DNA of 60,251 nt, counting the filler, from Catajapyx aquilonaris (taxonomy: Eukaryota), in NCBI GenBank assembly GCA_000934665.2. It is 2 parts of 2 records of this genome, joined end to end, with 100 filler letters (N's around TTAATTAATTAA, not from the genome) between each part and the next. Parts side by side here need not be neighbours in the genome. Positions count along the whole stretch, not along the records: positions 1 to 30,068 come from JYFJ02004691.1; 1 more part is not named here. The stretch is one strand, 5' to 3'. The position numbers were made by a program, and so were the translations under genes. Within the stretch, counting starts at the first letter, position 1; each line of letters begins with the position of its first letter. Below the pieces are notes generated by a model. The model searched no databases and was not told where the DNA came from. It was given only the letters and a program-made list of their open reading frames with translations. Below are positions 1-12,088 of this stretch, in pieces.

Positions 1-2824
1 TCCACTAACCGAGTTAATAATGAAACGCAATATTTGAGCAGGAATGCAGCCGATCAAAACATTTTGCTCCGCACCGCATAATATTACGGAGTCTATAATT
101 GATGCAGGTAAATTTAGCAAGACTGCAGGTTACATAACATAAGCAATAATTACACTATACAGTGGTCTACTAATGCAAAAAATAACCATTTATTATTGAC
201 ACCTGCGCTAGAGGGAACAAACCGTGACCTGGGAAATATACTACGCAGTATGCAGCAATATGGTTTATGTGTCGTAAAGTACCGGTAGGCAACAAAAATA
301 TGGCTCGCGGGGACAGAATAAATTATAATTTTGCATGATAATTTAAATGGGAACAACCAGTGCGACAGTCACGCCCCTTTATTTTAATAGCGTGCTTTAA
401 AAAAATAATTTGATTTGTTGCAGGAGTACTCTTTACCTGAATTACCTGCTTAATAACATTTGTTCTCGACTGACATACTGTACATTAATATTGCAGAATA
501 TAGGTCATCGATTAATTGCTCCTACGCAGGACAATATTGTGTACACAACCTCTTAATGCACCTGGTTGAGGTACTGATGACAACAATTTTGATACTACAT
601 ACTGTATAATTATACTGCAACAGGATATACTAATAATTCCGCTTGAAGTGTAGGACAGTAGTTCATCTCGGCAGGAAAAAAAAGTCTCTAGCTCATAATT
701 AATTATTGTGTTACTCTGCCTTTGCAGCTTTTATACTCATGAATATGTATTGCTTGATAACTACTGTGTATTACACAACATCATGGTGCACTTGCCCAAG
801 TCCACATTCTAATGAAGGAGGGCCCCATTTATGTATTGTTATTTCCACCCACGAAGTTAAGACACAAGCAACAATTAAGGGAGAGAGTTAATATTGTCGG
901 CATACAAATGGAAGCCAAATAAGTTATGAGAAGATTCAATGCAGTGGTTGACCTTTCACTTGTTTACATACCCGCGTGATGATAACAGAAAATCCTGGCT
1001 TGCTGGCTCATTATGAATCTTTAAGACTAAATGGACTTCACCAGGTGGTAAATCATAAATAATGCTAAGTGGTGGTGTAAATTACTCAACACCGACAAAA
1101 TTGTGTGAATTTCTTTTGCATGCGCACTAATTATGTGCCTGATTGTTTATTACAACTTGTTTACTGCTGAACTTGTACAGCGGTGCATCATTGCACCAAT
1201 TTTTCCCCACGCCTACATGATTTTCAAATATAAAACTGCTCTTTTATGGCAACCTATACCTGTGCTAACGACCATCATTAAATTAGAGCAACCACTCGTG
1301 TAATTTTACGGCAGAGAACCATTTAACACATTATACAGTACACCCCCGAAATAGCCCATGCTAACATGTACTGCATTCAACAAGGATCTATTTATACTGA
1401 ACACGCTCGGACTGTACAGTGTGCATCTTATTTGCATCTAAATTGTAGTCCCTTTTTTTTGGCTCTTCCTAGTAGCCGATGTGGCCAATTTAGTGGCTAT
1501 TCATTGCTCAAAATGTCGGGTGGACTTGGTTTAATTGCAACGTTTCAAATTCCCTCCAGAATTGCTTTTAATTGGCACTAGGGGAAAGAAAAACAAGGGT
1601 TGAGCTACGCAGGATCACTAACCTCTGTCCAAGATTCTGCGGACGCAATTCTTGGGTGGCGTCGCTGGCGTCGCCGGCGTCGCCTCGACGCTGGCTGCTT
1701 GGCTACAACGGCGCTCGACGGAAAGAACCGACACTCTTCGGACTGAACCAGGCGACTCTGACCGGATACCGACAATGTCATTGACACAATTTCTGGTGAA
1801 GTTCTCTTACCTCTTACGAGGACACTATTGCCAATTTTTTGCACACAATTTAGTTTCAGAGAGGTGACCTTCCAGGTGGCAACAAACGCTGATTAGATAT
1901 ACTTGAAAGACTTTGTACGACACTCCCATGCATTATGACGCATGTAGATATTATACACCTCGTTTGTTTGTCAAGTTCAAGGATTGATTGACATTCGGCG
2001 CCAATTTGCCTGAATGTGATCAATGAAATGGACCGACAAAAAGATGCGAATTTGCTATTGCGTATATTGTACGAATGATAAGCTGGCTTAAACATAAAAA
2101 CACAATAAATGTTTGGCCCCGATTTCATTTTTGTGAGAAAGTGAGAGTGCGTACTGTACTATAGCACCCCTCATAAGAAGTGATAATAATTACCTGATCT
2201 GGACATGGCTCTCCTCCGATGCTTCTTTCCCATTCCTCCTCCTCCTCCAGAGCCACTGTGACTGCTGGTTCCGCTTCCGGCCAACATTCTTCTCAGGCAC
2301 TTCTAAAACCTCCGTTCCAAACAAAAAAATTCTAGACTTTTAGATGTGTTTATGTAGGTGCAGTCCAGCCGTCTCCACCTTTTGCTCTTCATCTGTACAG
2401 TACACACTATCCCTCTTTCTCTCTTGGTCTGAGACTAAAATTGGAACTGGCGTTCTTAGTGGGTTGGAAGCACCTGGAGAAGGGCCAGGAAGGGGGCCGA
2501 TGAGTGGGTGGATGCTGTGATGTGATGTGTGAATGTGAAGAGTGAGGATATATTGAGGCTCTTACGACCTGGCTCGTGGGTACTGTACACTTATCATACT
2601 GTTGTATAAAGACACTCAACGGCTTGTTTGGCTCACTCAACTGCACGGAAGAATTACTGAGATTCAAATGGTTCATGGGGGTGAACAATCCATGAACTTT
2701 TGTACTTTAAAAATTCGTGTCTATATAAAATGGTAGTTGCATTGTTGCTCACTGTTCCCTGGTTGGATAAAAAAAATCATTGCAGGGTAAATTGCATAGA
2801 AAAAGAGAGTGGTATGCTCTATAG

Positions 2825-2830
2825 TTTATT
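2825..2830 (-). terminator. Candidate polyadenylation signal of the 202-aa gene
   Basis: AATAAA on the minus strand (tttatt on plus), about 130 nt after the TAG stop. Confidence 0.45.
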
Positions 2831-2961
2831 TCTGCATATAAATAGGGTCATCTATACATCTATAACGCTTTCAAATCCGTGTATCAGTTGAGTTGACAGC
2901 TCAAAAGCGGACAAACTCAATGCATTATCATTCCGAGTATACTCAGTTCTTGCTGTTTGAT

Positions 2962-3732
2962 CTATGCGTCGTGAGCCGCCTGATGGAACATCCAGCTGCA
3001 TTCCTCCGGTTGGCAGAACGTGACATTAGGAGGACAATCAGGGATGAGTCGTCTGTCCCAAAAGAGGAGCCTGAGATGCATGAGGTGGGAGATGATGTCC
3101 TTCAAGACAACCCCGAGGGCCAGCGCGCTTCTGTCGCAACCATTGTTGTCTGCTTTGTGGCGACTGCTGCTGTGGTGCTGGTGACGACGTGGATTGTGTC
3201 TCTGCAAGCACTTTTTGGTGCTTACTACCATGTGGATGGACTTGTTTATGTCTCCTGTTGTTCCCCACTTGTCTGCACTAGGAAGAAGGTCTGATATGGT
3301 CGAATACCACTCCAGTTTTTCAGCAGCGTCTTGGACTCCTTGTAATTGCTAGAATTTGAAAAAAAATGTTCATCATGAAAATGTACCACACACACACACA
3401 ATAAATAATTATTGCAAGCTGATTCTTACCGTTCCTCTGATGATGTCCTTTCCTAACGAATGTGGCAGGGTCAGCAACTGGAACTGGGATAATGAGCAGC
3501 CCGACTCATTAACTAGTATTTGGAGGCTGGGGCATAAGCGTGATAGGTGCTCACTTGCTTCGTGGAACATTGCACATGTCTCCTTATGTCCTACTGCAAT
3601 ATTGCTGAATACTGCCAACAATGTGAGCCAGAATATGAACGTGGCTGAAAAGGTTTAATAGCATTGCAATATATCTTATGGCCAACAATAGTGCTATAGC
3701 CAAAAAATGCGTAGGTCTAACATACCTGTCAT
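2962..3732 (-). CDS. Unrecognised 202-aa secreted protein, candidate long-chain four-helix cytokine (3 coding exons)
   Basis: Exons 3732-3726 (ATG ACA G|gtatgt, context tcaacATG), 3644-3430 (ttttcag|...ACG|gtaaga) and 3348-2962 (ttctag|...TAG). Two 81-nt GT-AG introns, phases 1 and 0, give one uninterrupted frame: MTATFIFWLTLLAVFSNIAVG/HKETCAMFHEASEHLSRLCPSLQILVNESGCSLSQFQLLTLPHSLGKDIIRGTQLQGVQDAAEKLEWYSTISDLLPSADKWGTTGDINKSIHMVVSTKKCLQRHNPRRHQHHSSSRHKADNNGCDRSALALGVVLKDIISHLMHLRLLFWDRRLIPDCPPNVTFCQPEECSWMFHQAAHDA. It has a typical signal peptide, 8 Cys and 3 N-glycosylation sequons (NES, NKS, NVT). TATA/Inr lie upstream and AATAAA downstream. The gene model is well supported; the cytokine identity is inference. 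Confidence 0.8.
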
Positions 3733-3784
3733 GTTGATGTGTTGTCCCTGAATACAGATGGTCACAGACACAAGAATGAAACGC

Positions 3785-3854
3785 GAATGATGTCCAGTGG
3801 TCACTTGCGAGTTTATATATTTTATCCCTTGTTGGATAAGTGATCGGGGATCCC
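3785..3854 (-). promoter_or_regulatory. Core promoter of the 202-aa secreted-protein gene
   Basis: Minus-strand TATATAAA at 3819-3812 and an Inr-like TCATTC at 3790-3785 (about 31 nt spacing). GATA motifs at about 3822-3840 and a kB-like GGGGATCCC at 3846-3854. Confidence 0.65.
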
Positions 3855-6800
3855 GGAGGTGTAACAGGAAGTACATGTTCTTCCCCCCCTGCTTCAACTA
3901 CCGGTCGCTCTTTATTTTTCCTTGCCAAATAATCGCGTCCGATTGGGGGCAGATTGGGGAAGAGGTGGGGGAGGAAAAGGATTGCTAGAGGGTGAGGGGA
4001 GGGGAGAAAAGGAAGGTGCATCACTCTGTCACTGCGGAACTATGTCATTCACTATCCCCTTAGATTCACCCCGTCTCGCTTTATCTCACTCACATGTCCG
4101 TTTCAGCTCCTGCGACTTCCGCTTCGGAATTCTTAATATTTGCGGAATTTTTTGCAATTGGTAAAATTACCCCAGGATGAATCATACTTTGTTGCAAAAA
4201 GGGGGAAATTGATTTTTTTGAAAAAATACTGTATACACAGTGACACATAGATTGCTAAGGTGCAACTATTCCTTATAAACCTTGTAATAACATAATTATA
4301 TGATAAATGCCAAAAAAAATCGGCAGGAATTCATGTTGTAAAACATCAGCACCATTACCGCTCCTCACAACTTGGAATGACTCAATCGACTTTTTCATTT
4401 AATGATATATAATTTTAAACATGTCTTTCAAATATAGCCACTGTCGATAATCGAATGTGCACTTCGACACCTCCTTCTGAGTGTGTCACACAACTAACTT
4501 CCTTGTAGATATATTAGAGGTCACTTTTTTTTGTAACGAGGATAAAAATACAACGAACGTTGTGAATAGCGGATGTGATTTTGGATTTCTTCCGATGATA
4601 TAGGTGCCACTCCCATATTCATTATCCTTGCATACTGATATTCTCAAGGGTTGTACTTGAGCTTATCATATAGACGACAATACATAATCGCATGCCGACA
4701 TGTTTTCTCCGTGTATCTATTACTGAACTTGTTATCGCAATGAATGTGTTACTTTTAGAACAGCGGCCTTTATTTTAATCCAGACTCCTGGAGTGCTACT
4801 GTCAACTACGGTACAGTACATTGAACATGCAGATGTGTCATCATCTGTAATGTACTCAAATCATACCGGTACTTAAATAAGAACTCTTTCCCGGATCTGA
4901 GACACTGACTTGGATGCAATCCGGTAATGAATCATTGCATCAAGAACATTGAGTTCATGACCCTATACCAGAGGTTATTCCCGCGTCTCTGCCTCTTGCT
5001 TGCAATTTTTTTTGCCATTAAAATTCGCCATTTCCACAGCCAAATTGCTTCCTTCAAAGGCGATGCTGCATTGTCTTGGTATGTTTTGTTTACTCACATC
5101 ACACAAAACTGGTGACTCATTACAAATCCATATAATGAATTATTAATTTAGTTCTAAAGCAACTTCCAAAACGTTTTTAGGCGGTTGTGTTTTGTCCATT
5201 TATAATACATTTATACATTTGATGTATGGTGTGTTTCCCTCAAAACTGGCACATAGCACGGGGTATTAAAACATATAAAATAAATAAAACGATGCATATT
5301 CTAATAAAATTTTCAAGTAGTTCTATAATGATTAATGTCCGAGCTGTGCTCAGTCTCCGGTTGATGCAATGTTTATCTCTAATTGACGTACATTTCATGC
5401 GTGATTTGTAGAATTACAAAGCAATACAAGGAAGGAAAGTTATTTTTAGCTGAAGAGCAGAGAGATTGCGGTCTGACGTCCTGCTGGAGTTACGTAGTGT
5501 TTATTTGATGACTTATCAATATTATCAGTACACTTGTAACGCAGTTGTTACGGATATAAAATAATGAGATCTGATAATATGTAGTGTATCTCATCCCATT
5601 TTTATGATACAAATATATTGTAGCATAGCATGAGCCGTATGTTGTTATGTAATCATCAGGTGTAAAATCTTACTACAACAATATCTCTGACTTTTTATTA
5701 ACGATATCATTACATGTAATGATCTCATTCGTAAAACACAGTAAATGCTTTTAATATAGTGCTGTGAAATAACATTAATAAGTACAGTACGATACTGCAC
5801 CTTACACGTAATATAAAGAAACACTTAAGCTTAAGCTGTTAAGCGATATCAGGGTATTTTATTTTAATAGAGACCTAAATAGGAACTATTCTACAGGTTA
5901 TACCTATAGGACAATACTATGAAGGTTCTGTCTAATCGTATATAGGACTATATTGATTTCGAGCTTTCTCTTATAAAGAGATAGCTACATTCTTAGGCTA
6001 TATATATAGCTCTCTCCAAATGGGGTTGAACAATTACGTGTGTTTGGAACAGACGCCCTGATTGCGTTTATTTTTTATGTTCGAAATATAGGAAGCAGTA
6101 ATTACTGGAACACCGACCGTTTTCGCCTGACTTATCTTCGTAATTGACCTATTTCTGAACATGGAAGAACTTATATATGACGGCGGGGAGGACAGAAAGA
6201 TCTATCTTCTCATCACAGCAAATGTAACTCGGGTATATAGACCTATAAAAGAGGATGAGGACTTATCACTGTGAATTTCATACGATTTTCTAATAAAATA
6301 ATGTCCCAACCCACGTATACAAGACTCGACAATCGTGACGCAATAGTTTGCAATTTTAAAAAAATTACATTGTGATTATACTCTTTTGCGGTTATCCCTG
6401 TTTCACCATTATTCTGCGGTGCCGCATTACTACATCAGGAAATAATCAGGGCCAGTCGACATATCCGCTTAAGATATATGCAAGAATGTATATGGGAGTT
6501 GCTTAATATCAAACCTTCCGGTATGCAAATCAGTGACAGTCGATGTGAGCTCTTTTTATCCTCGTGTGAAAATATTATGCTATACCCACATCTTCTCTTA
6601 AGTATATTACAAAATCTAGGTATTGCTTACATAAGTGCGAATGGTACTGTACCACGACATTACACCAACATTTTCGGTATATCTGACAAAATAATGACCT
6701 TTGCATTCTTTTATTGATGTAAAGTGTCCCCCACTTGTCCAACTAGCTTATGAAAACTCAACTATAGTTTGTATTAATATATACAGTAGTTACATTTACT

Positions 6801-6919
6801 GGCGAATGTGTATGACTCTGAAAGATACTGCGACACGGTCGCCTGTCAATATATACAGTATAGTTTCTGTACAGCTTGTGCCATCGTATCTCTGCTGTAT
6901 CTCTGCTGTACATGGTGTA

Positions 6920-6999
6920 TAGGTGTAATTTTCTCGACAAGGTCATTATTGCTCAGCTATAGATGAGCAATAATGACCTTGTCGAGAAAATTACACCTA
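6920..6999. repeat. Perfect 36-bp inverted repeat (hairpin, probable tiny MITE)
   Basis: taggtgtaattttctcgacaaggtcattattgctca (6920-6955), an 8-nt loop, then the exact reverse complement (6964-6999). Pairing extends imperfectly to about 6911-7006. Confidence 0.85.
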
Positions 7000-8318
7000 C
7001 ACCATGTCTCTAGGGATCTATAGAAGTACCTAAGAAAAATATCTCCAATCGATTCTGATATTTCTGGATCCATTGCGGAGGTAGACTAATAGCAAGCACT
7101 TGCAGAGAAATATCCTGAGGGTCAATCGACTCTGCACCACCTCTGCACAAACTGTCCTTATGATCATGCAACCCCATCGACATCCTTGCAATTTTATCGC
7201 CGATGATGGAGGTTTTTTTCCGATCCATATTTAAGCTCAAAGAAAAATATTACTGGGGAGAAAGGAGGCGCTTTGCCTTACATTTTTAACCTTTACAGTG
7301 TCTTCGTTGCAACAAGATGTACACCTTCATATGATGATGCCCTCTGCAAACACTATAGTAAAAGAAGCGTCCTGCAGCAGCATCCTCTGGCAGTAAGTCA
7401 ACATTGTGGTGGCAGACCTCAAGAATCTCCTTACACGTCATACACATCATTACGCTCCATACAAAGAGAGCCATCGTGTCCGGCTGTTGGTGTCATTCAA
7501 AGGGCAGCAAGTGAGTACGTATCTCCCTGTTAATTAATGGGTAAGGGTCTGGAGGAGGAGAAAAGTAAAAGAGTGCGGGGGTATCCTGCTGCGGTCTGTT
7601 TGAGGTCACTGCGGAATTGGGATGACTCTTAATTCCCGCGAGTCCCTAAGCGATGATTTCAACCACGCTTATTTATTTACGGCTGCTGCTGTGGGAGGAT
7701 GTTGTGAGGTCTCTCTGTAACACAGACCAACCATCCCAACCAGCCAGCATGCATCAAAAAGGAAACATAATAAAAATAATGACACTTGTGCACTGATGCG
7801 GATTCTTTGGCTCTTTTATTCGGCCACCAGGATGGGCAGCACCCGAAAAAAAGCAGCACATAGCAACATAAAATAACAGTCTAGGCAGCGCAGGTTGGGA
7901 ATATTCAGGAAGGAAAAGGGACGTGTTTTTTTTCTCTCTCTATCTCTCATATTTTTTGGTCATATCTACGAGGTATAAGATCATATTTGTACGGGAGTAC
8001 TATAGGGACAAGAATCGGATGTATAGGAAAAGGGAAGGGCGCCGCAATAAATAGTAACAGTTTACAGAATTGCGCCGACTAACGACGTCACAGCCACTCA
8101 CACTGGGAGGAAAATAGTAATAAGTTAATTAAATATAATGGGGTTTCTTCAGTTCGACGCTCGCACTCGTGGGGGGAAAGTCTACTTAATTACTGTACAA
8201 ATAATTAAATCTAAGAACGGGTGTCTGACACAGAGAAAAATGGCTACGAGGAATAAAGGCACACCGTCCCCTCGGTGTCCAGCGCCGAAACAAATGCGAA
8301 CCACATCGAATGACAATA

Positions 8319-8336
8319 ATAAATAAAGATAAATAA
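8319..8336 (-). promoter_or_regulatory. Tandem AU-rich elements in the upd-like 3' UTR
   Basis: Two TTATTTAT octamers on the minus strand (plus ataaataa at 8319-8326 and 8329-8336), about 180 nt after the stop. Candidate AATAAA signals at 7815-7820 and 7672-7677. Confidence 0.5.
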
Positions 8337-8512
8337 CAAATGTGAAGTGAATGATGAGATGAATTAATATTCTCGCTATGCAATGATGGATGGCTTAGTA
8401 ACTGCTGGTCTCTAATACAGGAGGAGCTGCTTCTGCTTATGTCTTCTTCTCCTTAAACTTCTTCTTCGTCCGTGTTGTATAATAAGCTCTTCGAAGTACT
8501 GGGTTTCGATCC

Positions 8513-11500
8513 TCAGGATTTGACGCCTTCAGCATCAGGCTGTACCTGGATCTGCAGGTAATCGAACACCTGAATTGTGTACTCGAGACCATTCATGTAG
8601 TCTCTGAAGATGAACCAGTCCCTCAAGTTGCGCAGCGACTCGTCGTCGATGTCTCGAGCCTTCTGCTCCATTATATGACGCCCGACGTCGGGCAGAGGCG
8701 CCACATTCTTCTCCATCATGGCCACCTGAAGCTCACATAATACCTGCAAAAAGACAAAGAAACATTGTAACACTCGCCACCTTAGCTCTCAATTAATTCA
8801 AGCTGGTTGTTGAACAGTTTTCCTATACACATGAAATATACCCCAATCCTTTCATTTTTTCAGTCCGTTTAAATACATTTTAATCAAATATCAGCTGCAT
8901 GAGCACGCAAAAGGCATTGGGTGATATTTCATGAGGAATAACCGCTTCAAATTATTTAGAGAAAATTCCAACCGTCACTGATTTGCGTGACATTCATAAT
9001 TACTTTGGAAAAAATTATTGCCAGCAAAATATTGTGGTTGAGAACACGCCAATGAATTCGCCGATATGACAATCATGTAACGGTCGATTTTCTCTAAGGA
9101 GAAACAGCACCATTTTTATGAATCTCTTTCCCCCCAGATGATCCAGGAAGTGATGCATACCGCTTTGAGCTTGTACTCTGCTTCGTCAAAATAGGTGACA
9201 AAGTCACCATCGTAGACACCCTGGTCCATTACGACCTGCTCCAGCCCAACTGCAAACTTCTGCAAGGCCTGGTACGTGTGCTGTAGGCTCGCTACCAGCT
9301 GTCAAGAGAAGAGGATACATATTTAGCATTATTATTATTATTATTATTGACACTTATATGCCCATACAGTACTACACATGATATTGGCATGGCATGCCCC
9401 TTCCTTCCTTTGTTCCCCCCCACCCACCCCTCCATCCCTTCCTCTCCCTGCACACATTAGTTCCTGGAATTCCCCCAATGAAACCACCACTTGGCCGTCT
9501 GACATGGCTCCCGTGACTCAACCTTATTTGACCGCGAGACCCTCTGCAAAAACGGGCGCCAAGGGCGTCCGTCGATCTTGACTTATCGAAGTGAAACATG
9601 CGCTTAACATATGTTTTTTTTTCCAACAAGGGTTGGTGGCAATGTGAGTGATATCATAGCATTCCCAAGCCGGAGTCGTAAAATAATTGTGACACATGAC
9701 AAAATGTCATCAGCTCTTGCGGTTTGAGAGGTTCCGGATTGATAACACCCAACAAACTTTTTCATTTCGGGCTCGAAACTAACTTTGGCGCAGTTAATGC
9801 TTGTGCACCAATTCATCTTTACATATATACAGGACAAAATTTGTTGGTGTTTATGTATATGTCACGGCTACCTAACCCACTTCCGGACTACTGAGAGTCC
9901 TGAAACTTGGAAAAGTCCGAAAATTGGATTTTTTAAAAGTCTAAATGCCCAAAATTTAGATATTTTTTTTTGTCTGGTGTCTTATTTACAGCAATTGTGA
10001 CACAGATTCATTTTTATTTATTTATGCTAGTATTGCATGTACAATATTAAGCAAATTTGCCACCTGCCCAAAACTGGTAGGAAGCACAAGTGTTCGTGCA
10101 TGACTATATAGATGAGGTTAGGTCAAGGGGTGCTGCCTACTGACTCATCATCTCTTAAGATTGGTAGACCCATCCAAAAAAAAAAAGCAACAATAATTTA
10201 GCGCACACACCCGACACATCTACTGACCTGTAGACCTTGGAGCTGCTCAGGCTTCAGCTGCTCTCCCAAATCCTTGGGAATCTCCTCGCGACTCGGCAAC
10301 CAGTCGTACCGAGTCCCGACCCAGTCCTTGTTGTGCTGCTCGAACCCAACTTTGAACGTTTTCTGCACCTGTCAAAGGAGAATAAAACAAAAAAAGTGAT
10401 TAATGTGTGTGGCATACATTTCCTATATAGATATGTGGTAAAAAAAAAAGCTCCCATAAATGCAAAGTCTCTCCCCATAACATACTCTTTATTTGCGTGC
10501 TGAGGGCACTGGACCCCACCCCCGGACTGGACAAAAGAGCCGGATATCACGTCCTCATATTAGAGTATGTCCTCGCACCAAGAACACCCCCCAAAAATGT
10601 CCACTGGGCCGACAACAGGTTTTTAAATCCAATTTTACACATTTTGGGTCGAGAAGGAATTTGTCTCCCCAACTGACCTTCCAGCTGGAAAAAGGGTTTT
10701 GTCACATTTTCGGGTTTGCAAGCAGGTGATGGAATCCGTCCGAGATATATTCTTAAGATCGGGGTCTTTTAAGTGGGGACGCCAGCGTGTCTCAGCATGC
10801 TCGGGATGCAACAAAACGACCTCAGGCCATTTGTGCATCAACAGGTGCAGCATCTACCCTTTTGTGGTTTCAAAAAGTTGCCAGTTTTAAAACCAGTCTA
10901 GCTTGTTTTTGGCAGTCGAAGGACACACTGCAGCGTTTTAATACATGAGACAATAAATGCCAATTTAAAAATCGACCCTTCCGTGCAAAGACACTGCAGC
11001 AAAATTCGCCCCCCCAGCTGGTTGCTAAACCCTTAATTTTGCCGAAACCGCCTGCCATATGCAGTGTTATTTTGTTCTGCCGGAAGACCACTAAATTTAC
11101 AACCGCATCTTAATGTGCTGTGCGCATTCAGGATATGTCCATACAAGCAAAAATGACATAACAACCTCCCGCATGTAAGCCACATTTACGCGAGGTGCTG
11201 CTGGAGTTATTATTTACGCGCATTTTTACTTATTTAGGACCTCGAGTAACTGGCTTTTCCCCTCCTCATATTCAGTGGCCATGACCCTGCAAAATATCGC
11301 TTCCGGAAATCTAAGCTGCTTTACTACGTATAACCCTTCTATCGTGCCACTACCGGTCAAGTTCGCCAAACGGTTGCTAGCGACCATTACATAACTATAA
11401 AAAAAAGGAAAATTGATTTCGATAGTTGGCCGAACCCAGTATTGCACGATGAACGTATTCGCTACGCATGCGTCGGCTTCCCAGCAGCAACGTGCGCGTC

Positions 11501-12053
11501 GAATTGAATAACACACAATACGGATCTCCAAGAATTCCCCCCCTCCCCTCCCAAATGTCCTCACTCTTTTCCGCCCCCGCCCCGTGCCAATCTCCAAATA
11601 ATGCCCCGCCATGGGAAAAGCCCACATCTTCCCTGTTTGACTCAGATAGAGACAGCCCGACTATAGTGCAACAAACAAAACGCGAGACCCTGAAGGCCGG
11701 AGTTCGACCCCACCCACCCACGCACAGGTGACTCAAGAGCCGGGGGGGTATTCCCCTACCTCTCTCTCTAGGTATGTATGTATTTATGTTCTATCATTTA
11801 GATTATTATTAAACAGATAAAAGCGACGCCCCGACCTTGGCTTGTCACTGACGTCAAGTACACGGTACGGAACTTTCAGGCTACTGAAGGAAGAATGATT
11901 TTTTGGAGCATTGCTTGGATGATGATGATGACGAAAAAAAAATGGTGATTCCGCCCCGATGCACACGGGGGCGCCAAGGCCCTCAAAAAAGTGGTGTCGG
12001 GTGGCATCAAAAGTTGAGTCACCAAACATCCACCCCCACCTGCTGCCTTCGTT

Positions 12054-12088
<35 letters not shown>

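Noticed and set aside
1605..1867. GC-rich overlapping ORFs with poly-Arg or GVA repeats
   Set aside because: Produced by a short 9-nt repeat (ggcgtcgcc/t). No coherent splice model or recognisable family.
2893..3294. 133-aa plus-strand ORF with a hydrophobic stretch
   Set aside because: It is antisense to exon 3 of the minus-strand gene, which has the promoter, splice sites and signal peptide. Probably a shadow ORF.
7010..7474. Two short minus-strand ORFs as a possible extra cytokine paralogue
   Set aside because: I could not link them with canonical splice sites into a signal-peptide-bearing frame.
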